Counted from the stretch's first letter, positions 1 to 12,616 are shown. The stretch: 64,000 nucleotides of DNA from Carcharhinus amblyrhynchos (GCA_965287045.1 OZ336872.1:24428001-24492000); one strand, 5' to 3'. Numbers and translations: made by a program. The notes: generated from the letters alone by a model not told the origin.

Positions 1-60
1 AGGAAAGCCATGCAGACAGAGGGAGAACATGCAAACTTGCCCAAGGCTGGAATTGGACCC
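1..60 (-). mobile_element. V-SINE fragment (cut by window edge)
   Basis: aggaaagccatgcagacagagggagaacatgcaaact... is the reverse complement of the V-domain seen in the full copies of this window. Confidence 0.7.
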
Positions 61-264
61 ATTGTGCCCATGCTGGCTCTTGGCATGAGAAATTCTGTTG
101 ATCCCACTACCCCATGTGTTCATCAGGGTTAGAAGATAAGTGCACTTTCGAAATGCTCAAAGTTAGATTCAAGTGTCTGATTTGGTTTTGGTAGCATTCT
201 TCAATATTGTCCAGCTTGAATGTCCAGGATAATTTTCAGTATAAACTGCAGGTGCACAAACACC

Positions 265-380
265 TGATGGACTTCAGTTGCTCAAGAAGGCAGTTCACCG
301 CTACCTTCTCAAGGACAATTCAGGGTGGAAAACAAACACTAACCTTGTCAGCAGCGCTCAATCCCATGAAAGAACGTTTT
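265..380 (+). mobile_element. 3' tail fragment of CR1/L2-group LINE (same family as 17155-17895)
   Basis: ctcaagaaggcagttcaccgctaccttctcaaggacaattcagggtgg...cccatgaaagaa matches the tail at 17477-17890 and 1986-2075. Confidence 0.6.
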
Positions 381-1673
381 TTAGAGATTGCACCCTCCAC
401 AATTTTGCTTTGGAGAGGGAAATTTGGCTATAGGAGGACAAGGAGTAGTAAGAAGGTAGTGATCTACTGATAGGCAGGAACATCTGAAAGCAAAGTACGA
501 AGATCTAGATAGTATGTTGGAACTTGGGGCTATTTATGTGCCCAGACTGTGAAACATTAGAAATAGAGCCACTATCACATTCTCTTCTTCATTTTTTTCC
601 AGGCTCTACATGAATTCATAGCTGCATTTTTCAATTATAATTTGTGAACTATCTTCCTTTTTCTAAGACTCCCTCAGTCAGTCAATGCTCAAACCTTCCT
701 TGCCCCTTTCTTGCAAGACTTCTTTTCATTTCTGCGTAAACGTAGAAGGGTAGTGCCACACCAATTCATTACAATGACATCTATATGACACAATAGAATA
801 AATTTGATTGCCATCAACCCCCTTTGTGAATCTGGATGAGGATAATACACTTTCTCATTAGAATACCATGTCTGGTTACATTTCATCCAGTAGATGTACA
901 GATTAACTAGAATTAATATGAAGCCCTTCATGCTCTCTTCACACTTAAGAGTGAGGAGGATGTTTGCCTCCTTACTATGCATGCATAAAGACTCAATGTG
1001 CAAAGCCTGTTGCACCACCTATTCAGCAATCTCTCAATTCCCTCCAACAACACATGCCACTTTGCTGAGTGCCACTTCCCTGTGGGAATCAGTTCCTATT
1101 TTCTTGCCACTTCTCCTCTGTCCCCACTATGACCTTTAACCTTTTCCCATTATTGGCCATATTTTCCTGAAGAATAAATGCAGGGTGCACCATATAGTAT
1201 CTTGCTCAATTTACAGAATATTGGGAATGGCACCCAGTGATTGCATGTGTATTTCAGAGCCAATAATTCAAACATTCAGAAGGTTTGAAATTTCATAAGG
1301 ATGCAGGAGGGGTGTGTGTAATCATGTGATCATTTAGTTGGCATGCAAATGGAGCTTAATGGCATTGACATCTCCATATAGGCAATTCCATTCTTAGAAA
1401 TATTGCTTGTGCTAAGAATGCAATGTGGTTTTATAGCCTTTACAGGATGGGTGAAACGCTTCTCTCATCCATGCTGGTTTGTGAAAGTGGCACCAGCAGT
1501 TTCAGCCACCTCCCTTATCTCAGTCCCCACTGTGGTTGGTTTCCCTTCTTGCAAAATAGACCTGCCCTTCTTTCTCCTCTAGCTTCAGGTACCAAATATC
1601 TCCATCCCTGCTTCACAGAAATTAGAAAACGTCTTCCCAGCAGGTTTTCTGGCTGCAGAACTTCCCGTGATTA

Positions 1674-2080
1674 GGCAATGGCCTAGTAGTATTATCGCTG
1701 GACTATTAATCCAGGAACTCAGCTAATGCTCCTGCGGACCATGGTTCAAATCCCGTTACGGCAGATGGTGGAATTTGAATTCAATAAAAAATATCTGGGA
1801 TTAGGAATCTATTGATGATCATGAAACCATTGATGATTGTCAGAAAAAAAACTATCACTAATGTCCTTGAGGGAAGTAAATCTCCCATCCTTACTTGGGT
1901 CTGGCCTCTATGTGACTCCAGAGCCACAGCAATGTGTTGAATCTCAATTGCCCTATGCAATGGCCTAGCAAGCCACTGAGTTATTCCAGAAGGCAACTCA
2001 CCACCACCTTCTCAGGGGCAGCTAGGGATGGGCAATAAATGCTGGCCAGCCAGCAATGCCTATGTCCCTTGAGTGATTTA
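1674..2080 (+). mobile_element. tRNA-derived SINE (non-V family) with LINE-derived tail
   Basis: A-box-like tggcctagtagt, B-box ggttcaaatcc, central gggaagtaaatctcccatccttacttgggtctggcct domain, tail ctcaccaccaccttctcaggggcagctagggatgggcaataaatgctgg. A second copy is inverted at 29436-29763. Confidence 0.8.
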
Positions 2081-2320
2081 AAGAATCTGAGTGAAAAATT
2101 GTGACAAGAACATGCCGGGCAGAAGACAGTGGGAAGACCATTCAAGAAATGTTACAGCTATACCCGCCTACAAATCTGCCTCTTGGCAACGTAAAACAAA
2201 AGCTGTCTTATTATTTAAACTAAGCCCAGTGTTGATTAAGAAGTTCTTGAATAGTAATGATCCTTTTCCCCAACCCACACTCCCCCCAACTTGTTCGTTC
2301 TTCTGTAAAAGATACAGAAG

Positions 2321-2608
2321 TTTATTTTATTAGTGTCACAAGTAGGCTTTCATTAACACTGCAATGAGGTTGCTGTGAAAATCCCCTGGTCACCACACTC
2401 CAGCTCCTGTTCGGGTACATTGAGGAGAATTTAGCATGGCCAATTCACCTAATCAGCACAACTTTTGGACTGTGAGAAGGAAACCGGAGCACCTGGCCGA
2501 AACCCACGCAAACACAGGGAAAATGTGCAGTCTCCACACAGACGACGACCCCTCGGAATCGAACCCAGGTCCCTGGCACTGTCAGGCAGCAGTGCTAACC
2601 GCTGTGCT
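2321..2608 (-). mobile_element. V-SINE (HE1-like), tail type B
   Basis: tRNA-like head, V-domain, tail ...gcagtgttaatgaaagcctacttgtgacactaataaa on minus strand. Confidence 0.9.
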
Positions 2609-3444
2609 GTGCATGATGAGAGAATCATTGGTTGGTCTCTCATCATCACCATGGCGATGTCAGATCTTTACTTGCTATCAGTAAAGCAGCTGAATCTCGC
2701 CTGGAACCGGAAACAAATCACTGCAGGAAAACACAAAAACACGAAGCTGCAACAATATCAAAACTGTTTTTAAGAGAATACAGTGGGGTCAGGACCCTGC
2801 AATGACCTTACCTTAAATATTTACATTTTCTGGAAAAAAAGAATTCCACAGTAACTCTTGTGTCAAGAACACTAGAGTAAATACTCTAGGTTAGGAAGAT
2901 ACACGTTTGTGTAAATGTTCTGCTTACTTTCTTGTTAGATGCTATGGCATGTCTCACAAGAGTTAAGGAAAATAGCAGTTCTTTTGGGTCAATAATTAAT
3001 TCTTGCCGTTCATTGGCAAAAAAGGATTGACAAAGTACTTGGAACGAGCACCTCTCTTGTTCTCTTGGGAAAGTGATATGAACACTGATAAATCAAAGGA
3101 TAGTTTATGTAGCTTTGAAAAATCAGCAGAATAATTGATGCATTTTTAAGTAGTCCATTTTTGAAAAATCATGTTTTAAATTATTATTATCATGTAGGGC
3201 CTGATCTCAAGATCTTGTTCCTCAACACCTTTTAGATTCTGGGCTGGGGTTCAAACATTGACTTATTATCCTTACTTCCCCAGCCTCTTCAATGCATTCT
3301 TCTTTAAATTAATGATAAGTGAATGTGGGAATTCAACACGGAATCCAAATCATCACATTCGAACGGACCATCTCGCGAGTATTAGGGAGAAAATGGCCTG
3401 ATGGAGGGGGCCAGTCATCATGTACATAAAAGAAATAAATAAGA

Positions 3445-3729
3445 GTGACACAGTGGTTAGCACTGCTGCCTCACAGCACCAGGGACCCAGGTTCGATTCC
3501 CGGCTTGGGTCACTGTCTGTGTGGAGTTTGCACATTCCCCCCCGTGTCTCCTCCAGGTGCTCCGGTTTCCTCCCACAGTCTGAAAGACGTGCTGGTTAGA
3601 TGCATTGGCCATGCTAAATTCTCCCTCAATGTACACGAACAGGTGCCATAGTGTGGCGATGAGGTGATTTTCACAGTGACTTCATTGCAGTGTTAATGTA
3701 AGCCTACTTGTGAGTAATAAATAAATAAA
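3445..3729 (+). mobile_element. V-SINE, tail type B
   Basis: cacagtggttagcactgctgcctcacagc...ggttcgattcc B-box, V-domain gtggagtttgcac..., tail aagcctacttgtgagtaataaataaataaa. Confidence 0.9.
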
Positions 3730-3822
3730 GATGTGCATTCATATAGCACCTTTCATGACCGCTGGATGACCCGAATCACTTTACAGCCAATGATGTACTT
3801 TTGAAGTGTAATCAATGCTGTA
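3730..3822 (-). mobile_element. 3' tail of Deu-domain SINE (L2-type tail)
   Basis: Reverse complement resembles the tail at 37090-37190 (...tgtaaagtgattcggg...catgaaaggtgctatatgaatgcac). Confidence 0.6.
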
Positions 3823-4402
3823 AGAAAGAAAATTATTTTTTCCTAAAACAAAACTAAGGAAATAAGTTTTTGTTGAAACAAAATGCAACAGAGTTTCACC
3901 TTAGCACAGATATTCATAAGTAGGCCATTGTAATGATCTTTAGGAATTTAACCGGACAAGACAACTAAGTAGGAATGATCAAATTTCATTCTTGGATTTG
4001 TACGTCCTTCCCACCATTCTCATTTTTATCAATTTTCCCAAGTTCTGCTAGAGACTTATTGTTTTCTTTTGTTCTGCAGTATGCTACAGTAAAATTGACT
4101 CTCATACATTTTGATGCTCGGGACTTTGGAGACTGCTTGCTGTGTGAACCACATCTGGTGGTCGAGGTTAGCAGAATGCCTGTGAATGGATTGAGAAAAA
4201 TAAAATGGGATACTTCTGGGCTTTCATAGTGCTGCAGCGAGCTGGGTCATAGATCAGTTGCTACCTAGGTGACAGGATTCTTCCTATTCTACACAATAGA
4301 AGACGACACAGTGCTGAATGAGAGTTCATGACGGGAAGGAACTCTGGTAGTTCTGCAATTTTAGTGAGTGCCACACAATTGGACAATTAGAAGTTGTATT
4401 AT

Positions 4403-4536
4403 NNNNNNNNNNNNNNNNNNNNNNNNNNNNNNNNNNNNNNNNNNNNNNNNNNNNNNNNNNNNNNNNNNNNNNNNNNNNNNNNNNNNNNNNNNNNNNNNNN
4501 NNNNNNNNNNNNNNNNNNNNNNNNNNNNNNNNNNNN
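4403..4536. other. Assembly gap (134 N)
   Basis: Run of n characters. Confidence 1.
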
Positions 4537-5240
4537 TTTACGAGAAATGAAATTATGTCAGCAAAGTAACATTATTCAGCTAATTAACATTAAATTCCAT
4601 ATTGTATTACATGTTGCTTTCACAATTCTCATGCTTTCTTGGAACTCACCAAACCGAGGAACAAGCTATTAAATGTATGTGAGGTCTCCCTGTGACTGCT
4701 AATTATACTTTACAATGTTTTGTTTCTCTTCCGTCATCGAGAAAAATCCAGACAGGGACTATGAATAAAACCTGGCTTTGTTTCAGTCCCCTTACTGTCT
4801 CTGGATTGCACTGCTGTGAAGTAATAAAGCATCATGTTTATGGGAGATACAATGTGAATATTCCCTCTAGTCAATGGAAAGAGGAAATGTACAGATGAAA
4901 AGGTCAACAATGGTGGAAACTGGAGGGGAGGGGGTGGCGCGTGGTGGGAATAGTCAACTCGAGTTCCTGGGTGCAAATCATGAACTCTAGGTGATTGGTG
5001 CAATCAGATTGAAAAACACTGAACTCTGGCATGACCAGGGAAATAGATAACTATGCAAGTATGTCCCTAGTGTCAAAGTGGGTAGCCCAGACTTACCAAA
5101 GGATATAACAGACAGCAATCCTAAATCAATGCTGGGCCAGGATGTCCTTTAAAATACCAATAGCCAAAGAACCAGATATTCTTCCTTGAGAAAATATGTA
5201 CCTGTGGTCACAGAGCTACTCTCTGATTGAGCAGTTCCAA

Positions 5241-5595
5241 CGCAGCACGGTGGCACAGTGGTTAGCACTGCTACCTCACAGCGCCAGGGGCCCAGGTTCA
5301 ATTGCAGCCTCGGGTGATTGACTGTGCGGAGTTTGCAGGTTCGCCCCATGCCTGCGTGGGTTTCCTCCGGGTGCTCCGGTTTCCTCTCACAGATCTAAAG
5401 ATGCACAGGCTAGGCCGATTGGCCATGTTAAATTGCTCCTCAGTGTCCAAATTTGTGTAGATTAGGTGAATTAGCCATGGTAAATGCACTGGGTTGCGGG
5501 TTTGGGCCTGGATGGAATGTTCTGTCGGAGGGTCGGTGCAGACCTGATGGGCCAAATAGCCTCTTCTCCACTGTGGGATTTCTGTGATGCTATGT
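5241..5595 (+). mobile_element. V-SINE, tail type A (CR1-like tail), long variant
   Basis: Head gcagcacggtggcacagtggttagcactg, V-domain, tail gcagacctgatgggccaaatagcctcttctccactgtgggatttctgtgatgctatg. Confidence 0.9.
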
Positions 5596-6673
5596 AGTCT
5601 GGAGCAAGGTCACAAAGGTATGATCCATTTGAAGGGAGCACCATCCTTTGTTTAACAAATAAAATACACAGATATACAACATCGAGTCAAAATGTAGCTC
5701 TTACTTTTCTACTTTTGATGCAGACTAATGATAAATTTAGAACTAAAAGCATTTCCTATACAGCAAGAATGCTAATTGGATACCCAAGAGAGTCAAGCTT
5801 TTGTCATATTTCATGTTTGACGCGTACAAAGTGAACAACAAAATAGGAGACCATAAATACAATGGAACAGCAAATGGTAGAATCACATTAATGCCTTAGG
5901 CTCTGAGCAAGAAGTATGACGACTGCACAATCACACACTTCTACGGATTTTCGTATATCTCCACTTTTTACTTTTGATAAAAGAACTGTGACTTAAAGCT
6001 TAAATTTCTAACCACAACACCAAGCTAGGTCTAGACTAAATGGATTAAACTTGGACTAGATTTCAAGGAATACAATCAAAGGATATGTGAATTACTGTGG
6101 AAATAGCTCTCATATTTCTTTTTTACCTAAATCTGAAAGCATTAAACAAAAGTTCCTTAATACCTTTCAGTTTCGCAAAGACAGATACTGTGTGTTTGGA
6201 ACAAGTGAGGCGCTTTATCTGTTGTGCCTTACCATTACTGGCATCATGCCCCTGGCTTAGAATTCAAAAAGCTTCTAATAGCAAATCCACAACTGGTGCC
6301 GACTATTAGCTGACCCAGTTTCTGGACTGCGACAAAAGATAATATGATCGCAATCCAAATACTTAGAGCAATACCTCCAATAGTACCACAGATCACGAGT
6401 GACATGAGAAATAAGTGCTCTTGTATTTTTTTAATATAAGCAATGAATCCTTAAAATTTGTGCATGCATGGATGCAAAGTCACACTTTTGTTAAGTGATT
6501 ATGTTGGGCCAACTCCCCACCACCTCCCACCAGACCAACCTTCCTGGCGTTCATGGGTGTACAAAGATGGGCTCAGCAGTCTTTCTACCTGACACATTTT
6601 CAAGAATCTAGGAAAATGTCTCTCAAAGACTTTGGTCTGGAATTTCTATCCTGGTAGTCTTCAAAGGCGTATA

Positions 6674-6784
6674 GGCCAGAATTTTACCCAGCACGCCTGC
6701 TCCGGAATCAGGATGGGCGAGGTTTGCAGAACGGTATTCTCTATTGGCCTCGGGTGGGACGTTATGGGCTGGTAAAATTCTGCT
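6674..6784. mobile_element. Short MITE (ggccagaatttt...aaaattctgct TIR family)
   Basis: Terminal inverted repeats; internal similarity to 32057-32176, 54484-54597 and 55882-55967. Confidence 0.6.
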
Positions 6785-6832
6785 GGTACTGTGCAAAATG
6801 GATAATAGGGATCCAGTAGATGGAATGTGTCT

Positions 6833-7337
6833 GATTCGATTTGATTTATTATTATTGTCACATGTATTAACATACAGTGAAAAGTATTGTTTCTTGCACG
6901 TTATACAGACAAAGCATACCATTCATAGAGAAGGAAATGAGAAAGTGCAGAATATGTTACAGTCATAGCCAGGGTGTAGAGAAAGATCAACTTAATGCAA
7001 GGTAAGTCCATTTAATAGTCGGACAGCAGCAGGAAAGAAGCTGATCTTGAGTCAGTTGGTATGTATCCTCAAACTTTTGTATCTTTTTCCCGACAGAAAA
7101 GGGTGGAAGAGAGAATATCCGGGGTGAGTGGAGTTCTTAGTTATGCTGGCTGCTTTACCTAGGCTGTGGGAAGTATATACAGAGTCAATGGATGAGAGGC
7201 TGGTTTGCGTGATGGATTGGGCTACATTCGCGGCCTTTTGTGGTTCCTTGCAGTCTTGGGCAAAGCAGGAGCCATACCAAGCTGTGATACAACCAGAAAG
7301 AATGCTTTCTATGGTGCATCTGTAAAAGTTAGTGAGA
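6833..7337 (-). mobile_element. Rex1/Babar-clade LINE 3' fragment
   Basis: Minus-strand translation YRCTIESILSGCITAWYGSC...HPGYSLFHPFLSGKRYKSL...SFFPAAVRLLNG is the typical Rex1 C-terminal region (DUF1891-like). Tail catgtgacaataataaatcaaatc. Confidence 0.85.
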
Positions 7338-7364
7338 GGAATATTTATTCAGTTTTTTTTATTC

Positions 7365-7810
7365 TGATAAATGCCTTATCAGAAGGCATTTGATAAGGTG
7401 CCACATAAAAGTTTGATACACAAAGTAAGATTACATGGGGCTATGGGTAATTTATTTGCTTGTATAGAGGACTGGCTAACTGACAAAAAACAGAGAGTTG
7501 GGTTAAATGGGTCCTTTTCTGGTTGACAAGATGTAACTAGTGGGGTACCACAGGGTTCAGTCATCAGGTCCCAACTATTTACAATCTATATAATGACTTG
7601 GATGTGGATAGAAGTTATATTAGCTAATCTTGCAGATGACACTAAAATAAATGAGATAGCAAGTTGCAATAAAGAAATAAAAAGTTTACAAATCGGCATC
7701 GATAAGCTAGGTAAATAGTCCAAAATTTGGCAGACAGAGTTTAATGTAGATAAGTATGAGGTTATCCATTTTGGTCAGAAAAACAGAAAGGCAACATATT
7801 ATCTCAAAAT
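7365..7810 (+). mobile_element. Degraded CR1 RT fragment
   Basis: Reads QKAFDKVPH...WLTDKKQRVGLNGSFSG...[10 protein letters not shown]...LADDTK with stops. Confidence 0.85.
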
Positions 7811-8112
7811 AAACTGGAAAAATCAGCATGTCATAATAATTTGGGTGAGGGGTTCAAAGACTGCTTCCAGGCTAGTTTCTTAAAGTAGTAACATTCTGGA
7901 ACTTACCAGAAAGCAGATTAGAATTAGACTTGGTATTGTGTAATGTGATAGGATTAATTAATTACCTCAGAGTAGACAACTTGAGGTAGCAGCGACCACA
8001 ATATGATTGAATTTTACATCCTGTTTGAAAGGGAGAAGAGTGGGCCTAAAACAAGTATTTCAAACTTAATTCAGGGCAACAATGTGAGAATGAAAGATGA
8101 GCCAGCTGATGT

Positions 8113-8290
8113 GAAAAGATGTGTAGGTTAGGTGGATTGGCCATGCTAAGTTGACCCTTAGTGTCCAAAGATCTGTAAATTAGATGGAATAGCCATGGTA
8201 AATGTGTGAGATTATGGGGATTGGGCAGGAGGGTAAGATACTCTTTCTGGTGCAGACTCAATGAGCTGAATGGCCGTAGGGATTCTATGG
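8113..8290 (+). mobile_element. V-SINE 3' half, tail type A
   Basis: aaagatgtgtaggttaggtggattggccatgctaag...gcagactcaatgagctgaatggcc...ggattctatg. Confidence 0.85.
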
Positions 8291-9045
8291 TTTCATTTTC
8301 ACTAGGCTAAAGGATACATCAATAGAAAAGCAGTGGCATTTAGGGTAAAATTTCAGGATACTCAGAATAAGTATATTCCTGCTATAAATAAAAGTTCTAA
8401 GGGGAGGACCCACCAATCATGGTAAACCAAAGAAGGAGAGAAAGGCATCAAACGTAAGGAGAAAGCATATAATTTTGAAAAGACAAGTGAGAAAGGTGAA
8501 TGGTCAGAAAATAAAGAACAGCAGAGATGATTAAGGGGTTAATCAGGAGGAATTGATTTAGTGTATGATTGGAAGCTACCAAGAAATGTAAAACTGCATC
8601 ACAAGAGTTTCGATTGGAATTTAAAAGAAAAAGAATAAGTAAAGTGATTGTTGGTCCTCTAGAGCATGAAAATGGACGTTAATAGCAGATAATAAGGAAA
8701 AGACAGACGAAAGGTGCAGATATTTTGCTTCTGCATTCACTATAGAAGATACAAGAAATATTTCAGTAATAGTAAATCAGGAGATGGAGGCAAGAAAAGA
8801 ATTTAGTGAAATTATAATCACTAGGGAAGAGGTACTGAGCAAACTGATGGAGCTGCAGGTTGAGACATCTCTGAGTCCTGATGGACTTCACCCCAGGCTC
8901 TTAAAAAAGGTGGCTACTGAGGTAGATGGTGTTAATCATCTAGATTCTGGAAAAGATCCATCAGACTGAAAAGTAGCAAACATAACCCCTGTATTCAGGA
9001 AGGGAGGCAAAAAATGGGAAATTTAGGCTAGTTAGATTGACAACT

Positions 9046-9535
9046 CGAGGGAGTTTACCAGGCTGATTCCGGGAATGGTGGGACAGATGTATGAAGAGAG
9101 ATTGACTAGGTTAGGATTGTTTTCACTGGAATTCAATGAATGAGGGAGGATCTCATAGAGACTTATAAAATTCTAGTAGGACTAGACAGGGTAGATGCAG
9201 GGAGGATATTCCCAATGGTAGAGAAATCCAGAAAAGGAGTCATAATCTCAGGATTCAGGTTAGACCATATAGGACAGAGGTGAGGAGACATTTCTTCACC
9301 CAAAGAATGGTGAGCTATGGAATTCATTAGCACAGGAAGTAGTTGATGCCAAAACATTGAATTTATTCAAGAGGTGGTTGGATATAGCACTCGAGGTGAT
9401 TGGGATCAAAGGTTATGGGGAAAAAGCAAGATTACGCTATTGAGTTGGATGATCAACCATGATCATAATGAATGATGGAGTAGGCTCAAAGAGCCAAATG
9501 GCCTCCTCCTGCTCCTATATTCTATGTTTCTATGT
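9046..9535 (+). mobile_element. CR1 3' fragment nested in older CR1
   Basis: FTRLIPGMVG...YEERLTRLGL; tail ctcctatattctatgtttctatg; possible TSD aact (9042-9045 / 9536-9539). Confidence 0.85.
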
Positions 9536-11192
9536 AACTGTTCTGCGGAAATGTTAGAATCAATCATCAAGAAGGTTATAGCTCAGCACTTAGAGAAGTT
9601 CAAGGTAATTGGGAAGAGTCAACATGGTTTTGTGAAATGGAAATCATGTTGAACCTTTTTTTGGAGTACTTTGAAGGAGTAACATGTGTTGTGGATAAAG
9701 AGGAACCTGTAAATGTACTGTACTTGGATTTCCAGAAGGTATTTGATAAGATGCCACACCAAAGGTTATTGCAGAAAATAAAAGCTCATGATGTATGAAT
9801 AATATATTAGCCTGGATAAAAGATACACTGCCTGGCAGAAAACAGGGAGTATGCATGAATAGGTAATTTTCTGATAGGCAGGATGTGACAAGTAGAGATC
9901 CATAGGGGCCAGTGCTGGGGCCTCAACTTGTTACAATTTAGAACAACTACTTAGAGGAGGGGAACAAAGGCATGGAAGCTAAACTCTCAGATGACACAAA
10001 GATAGGTAGGAAAGTATGTTGTGAAGTGGACATAAGGAGGTTGCAGATTGTTATAGATATTTTGAGTGAGTGGGCAAAAAATCTGGCAGATGGAGTATAA
10101 TATAAGAAAATGTGAAGTTGTTCAGTTTAGTACAAAGAATGAATAAACAGGGTATTACTTAAACAGAGAATGATCGCAGAATTCTGAGGTACAGAGGGAT
10201 TTAGATATTCTAGTACATGAAGGGAATTGAATGTAAAAGTAAGGATGTTTTGCTTCAGTTGTACAGGACACCAATGAGAACACATCTCAAATACTCCGTG
10301 CAGTTTTGGATTCCTTATTTAAGAAAGTATGTAAGTGCATTAAGGCGGTTCAAAGGAGGTTTACTTGATTGATACCTGAAGTGAAGGAGTTGTTTTGTGT
10401 GGAATAGTTGGACAGACTGGATTTATTTCTATTGGAATTGAGAAGAGTGAGAAGTGATTTGACTGAAATATCTAAGATACAGAAAGGTCTTGACAAGGTG
10501 GACGTGGAAAAAATGTTTCCTGTTTGGGTCAGCCCAGAACTGGGAGCGCTGTTTTAAAATTAGGGCTCACTCTATGAGGGCAGAGATGAGGAGAATGTCT
10601 TTCTTTGAGAGGCTGGATAGAAGACTGGTTTGGCCACAGCTGGAATATTGCATCCTGTTGTGTGACGTTGGAACACTCTGCCTCAAAAGGTGGATAAACG
10701 TAAGATAAATAAATTCTTGTTAGGCAAGGGAACTAAAGGTTATCTTGGGAAAGTGCAGATTAATTGAGGAAAGCCAGCATGGATTCAATGAGGAAAAATT
10801 GGGTTTAACTAATTTGCTTGAACCTTTTGATAAGGCAACCAAGAGGACTGATGAGGAAAATGCTGTTGATGAGGTGTGTGTGGACTTCCAAAAGGCATTT
10901 GAGAAAGAATAGTAAAAGAGACTCGTGAACAAACTGAGAGCTCACAGAATAATAGGGATAGTAACAACATGGCCAAAAAATTGGCTGACTACATGAAACA
11001 AAGATTGGTGGTGTACTGTTGTTTTTGCACTAGAGGAAAGCAGTTCCCCAGAGATCAATATTCGGACACCCGATCTCCCTGATATTTGGTAATGACGTGG
11101 ACCTTGATGTACAAGACTCCACTTCAAAATATGTGGATGATACAAAACTTGTCGATATTGTGATCCACCAGGAGGATAGTGTAGAGCTTCAA

Positions 11193-11591
11193 AGAACAAA
11201 AGAACAAAAACAACAAAAACAGCCCAGGAAACAGGCCCTTCAGTCCAACGAGCCTGCGCCGCTATTTTAACATTACGAGTCCCCCCTCCACCTATGACCC
11301 TTATCTATGCTCATGGCATTCCACATTGAGGGAAAACTAACTTAGGGACAATTTATTACCACCAATCAGCCTAATAGCACATCTTTGGGGCGTGGGAGGA
11401 AACCGGAACACCCGGAGAAAACCCACGCAAGCACGGGGAGAATGCGCAAACTCCCACAGACACTGGCCCAAATCCATGTGTCTGCACAGCAAACAGTGAT
11501 AGTCACTGAGCCGTCGTGTTGCCCAGCATCTGGTCCAGTTTAAGCGTACATTAACGACATGAAGTACTAGGCTATTCTCGAACAACCAAGA
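11193..11591 (-). mobile_element. V-SINE variant, tail type C, with about 65-nt 5' extension
   Basis: V-domain on minus strand; tail gcggcgcaggctcgttggactgaagggcctgtttcc...(tgttcttt)n; possible TSD tcaa. Confidence 0.8.
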
Positions 11592-11701
11592 TCAATGGGA
11601 CATAGACAAGACAATGGATCGGGCACACAAGTGACAGGTGAAATTTAATATGACGAAATATGAATGATTCACTTTGGCAGGAAGAAGGCAAAGAGACAAT
11701 G

Positions 11702-11801
11702 GATGGGATTTTCTGGCCCTGAAACTGGAAAATCCTGCCCAAAGTCAACAGGTCTTTCCATAGCCCTCACCCTTCCGACGTGGGACGGTAAAATTCGCCC
11801 C
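11702..11801. mobile_element. Short MITE
   Basis: gggattttctggccc...ggtaaaattcgccc; same family as 55882-55967 and 56069-56196. Confidence 0.6.
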
Positions 11802-12616
11802 AGTATAAAGTATTGGGAACATTTCTTAAGAAGTTCAGGATGAAAGGCTGTTTATGTATATAAATCATTGAAGGTGCCAGGACAAAATGAAAACATTTAA
11901 TAAAGCAAACAGGGACAGAGAGTACATAAGCAAGAAAGTTATGTTAAACCTGGATAGAAGATTGGTTTGGCCACAGCTGGAAGATTGCATCCTGTTCTGG
12001 GCACCACATTTGAGGAAACATGTGAAAACATTGCAGAGAGTGCAGAAAAGATTCATGAGAATGGGTCCAAGGATGATGAGTTTAAGCTACGTGGAAAGAT
12101 TGGAGAAGTTAGGACTGTTCTTGGTAAATGAAGATGAGAGGAGATATGATAGTGGTATCTAAAATCCTGAGAGATCTGGATAGCATTGATAAGGGGAAGG
12201 ATTGAGAGTCAGAGGACAGAGATTTCCCGCAGTGAGTGGTATGGGCCTTGAATGCTTTGCCTGACAGTACGGTGGAGGCAGGGTCAACTGAAGCTTTAAC
12301 AGAATGGTTGGATCATGACCTAAAAAGAAAAATGTTGCATGACAACAGGAAAAACCAAGGGTGTGGCACAAGGTGAAGTTCTCCTTCTGGGGACCAGCAT
12401 AGACACAATGGGCTGAATAGCTTCTTTTTGTAACAATTCCATGGTAAAATGAGTAAGTGAATATCTTAGTCGCATGTTCCAACATTAGAAGGTGGAGTGG
12501 AATACTTTGCAGCCCTGTCTGCATTCTGTATGACAATGTAGCACTGTTTGTGTGCAGGGGAGGGGACACACAATTCTGACTTATTCATCAGAAATCGAGA
12601 GATGGGTTTATTTATT

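Larger units (their letters stand above)
7880..10760 (+). mobile_element. Old degraded CR1 ORF2 copy, interrupted by a SINE (8113-8290) and a younger CR1 (9046-9535)
   Basis: Motifs ITREEVL...SPDGLHPRLLKKVA, KMLESIIK, LDFQKVFDK and DDTK, with many stops and frameshifts. Confidence 0.85.
10740..12445 (+). mobile_element. Old degraded CR1 ORF2/3' end
   Basis: SQHGF...DFQKAF, EYISKKVMLNLDRRLVWPQLE..FWAPH...RVQKRF, CR1-type tail. Interrupted by a SINE and a MITE. Confidence 0.8.

Noticed and set aside
3445-3520. SINE heads as functional tRNA genes
   Set aside because: They have A/B boxes but run directly into the V-domain and lack an acceptor stem.
4368-4672. ORFs spanning the N run
   Set aside because: Artefacts of the assembly gap.
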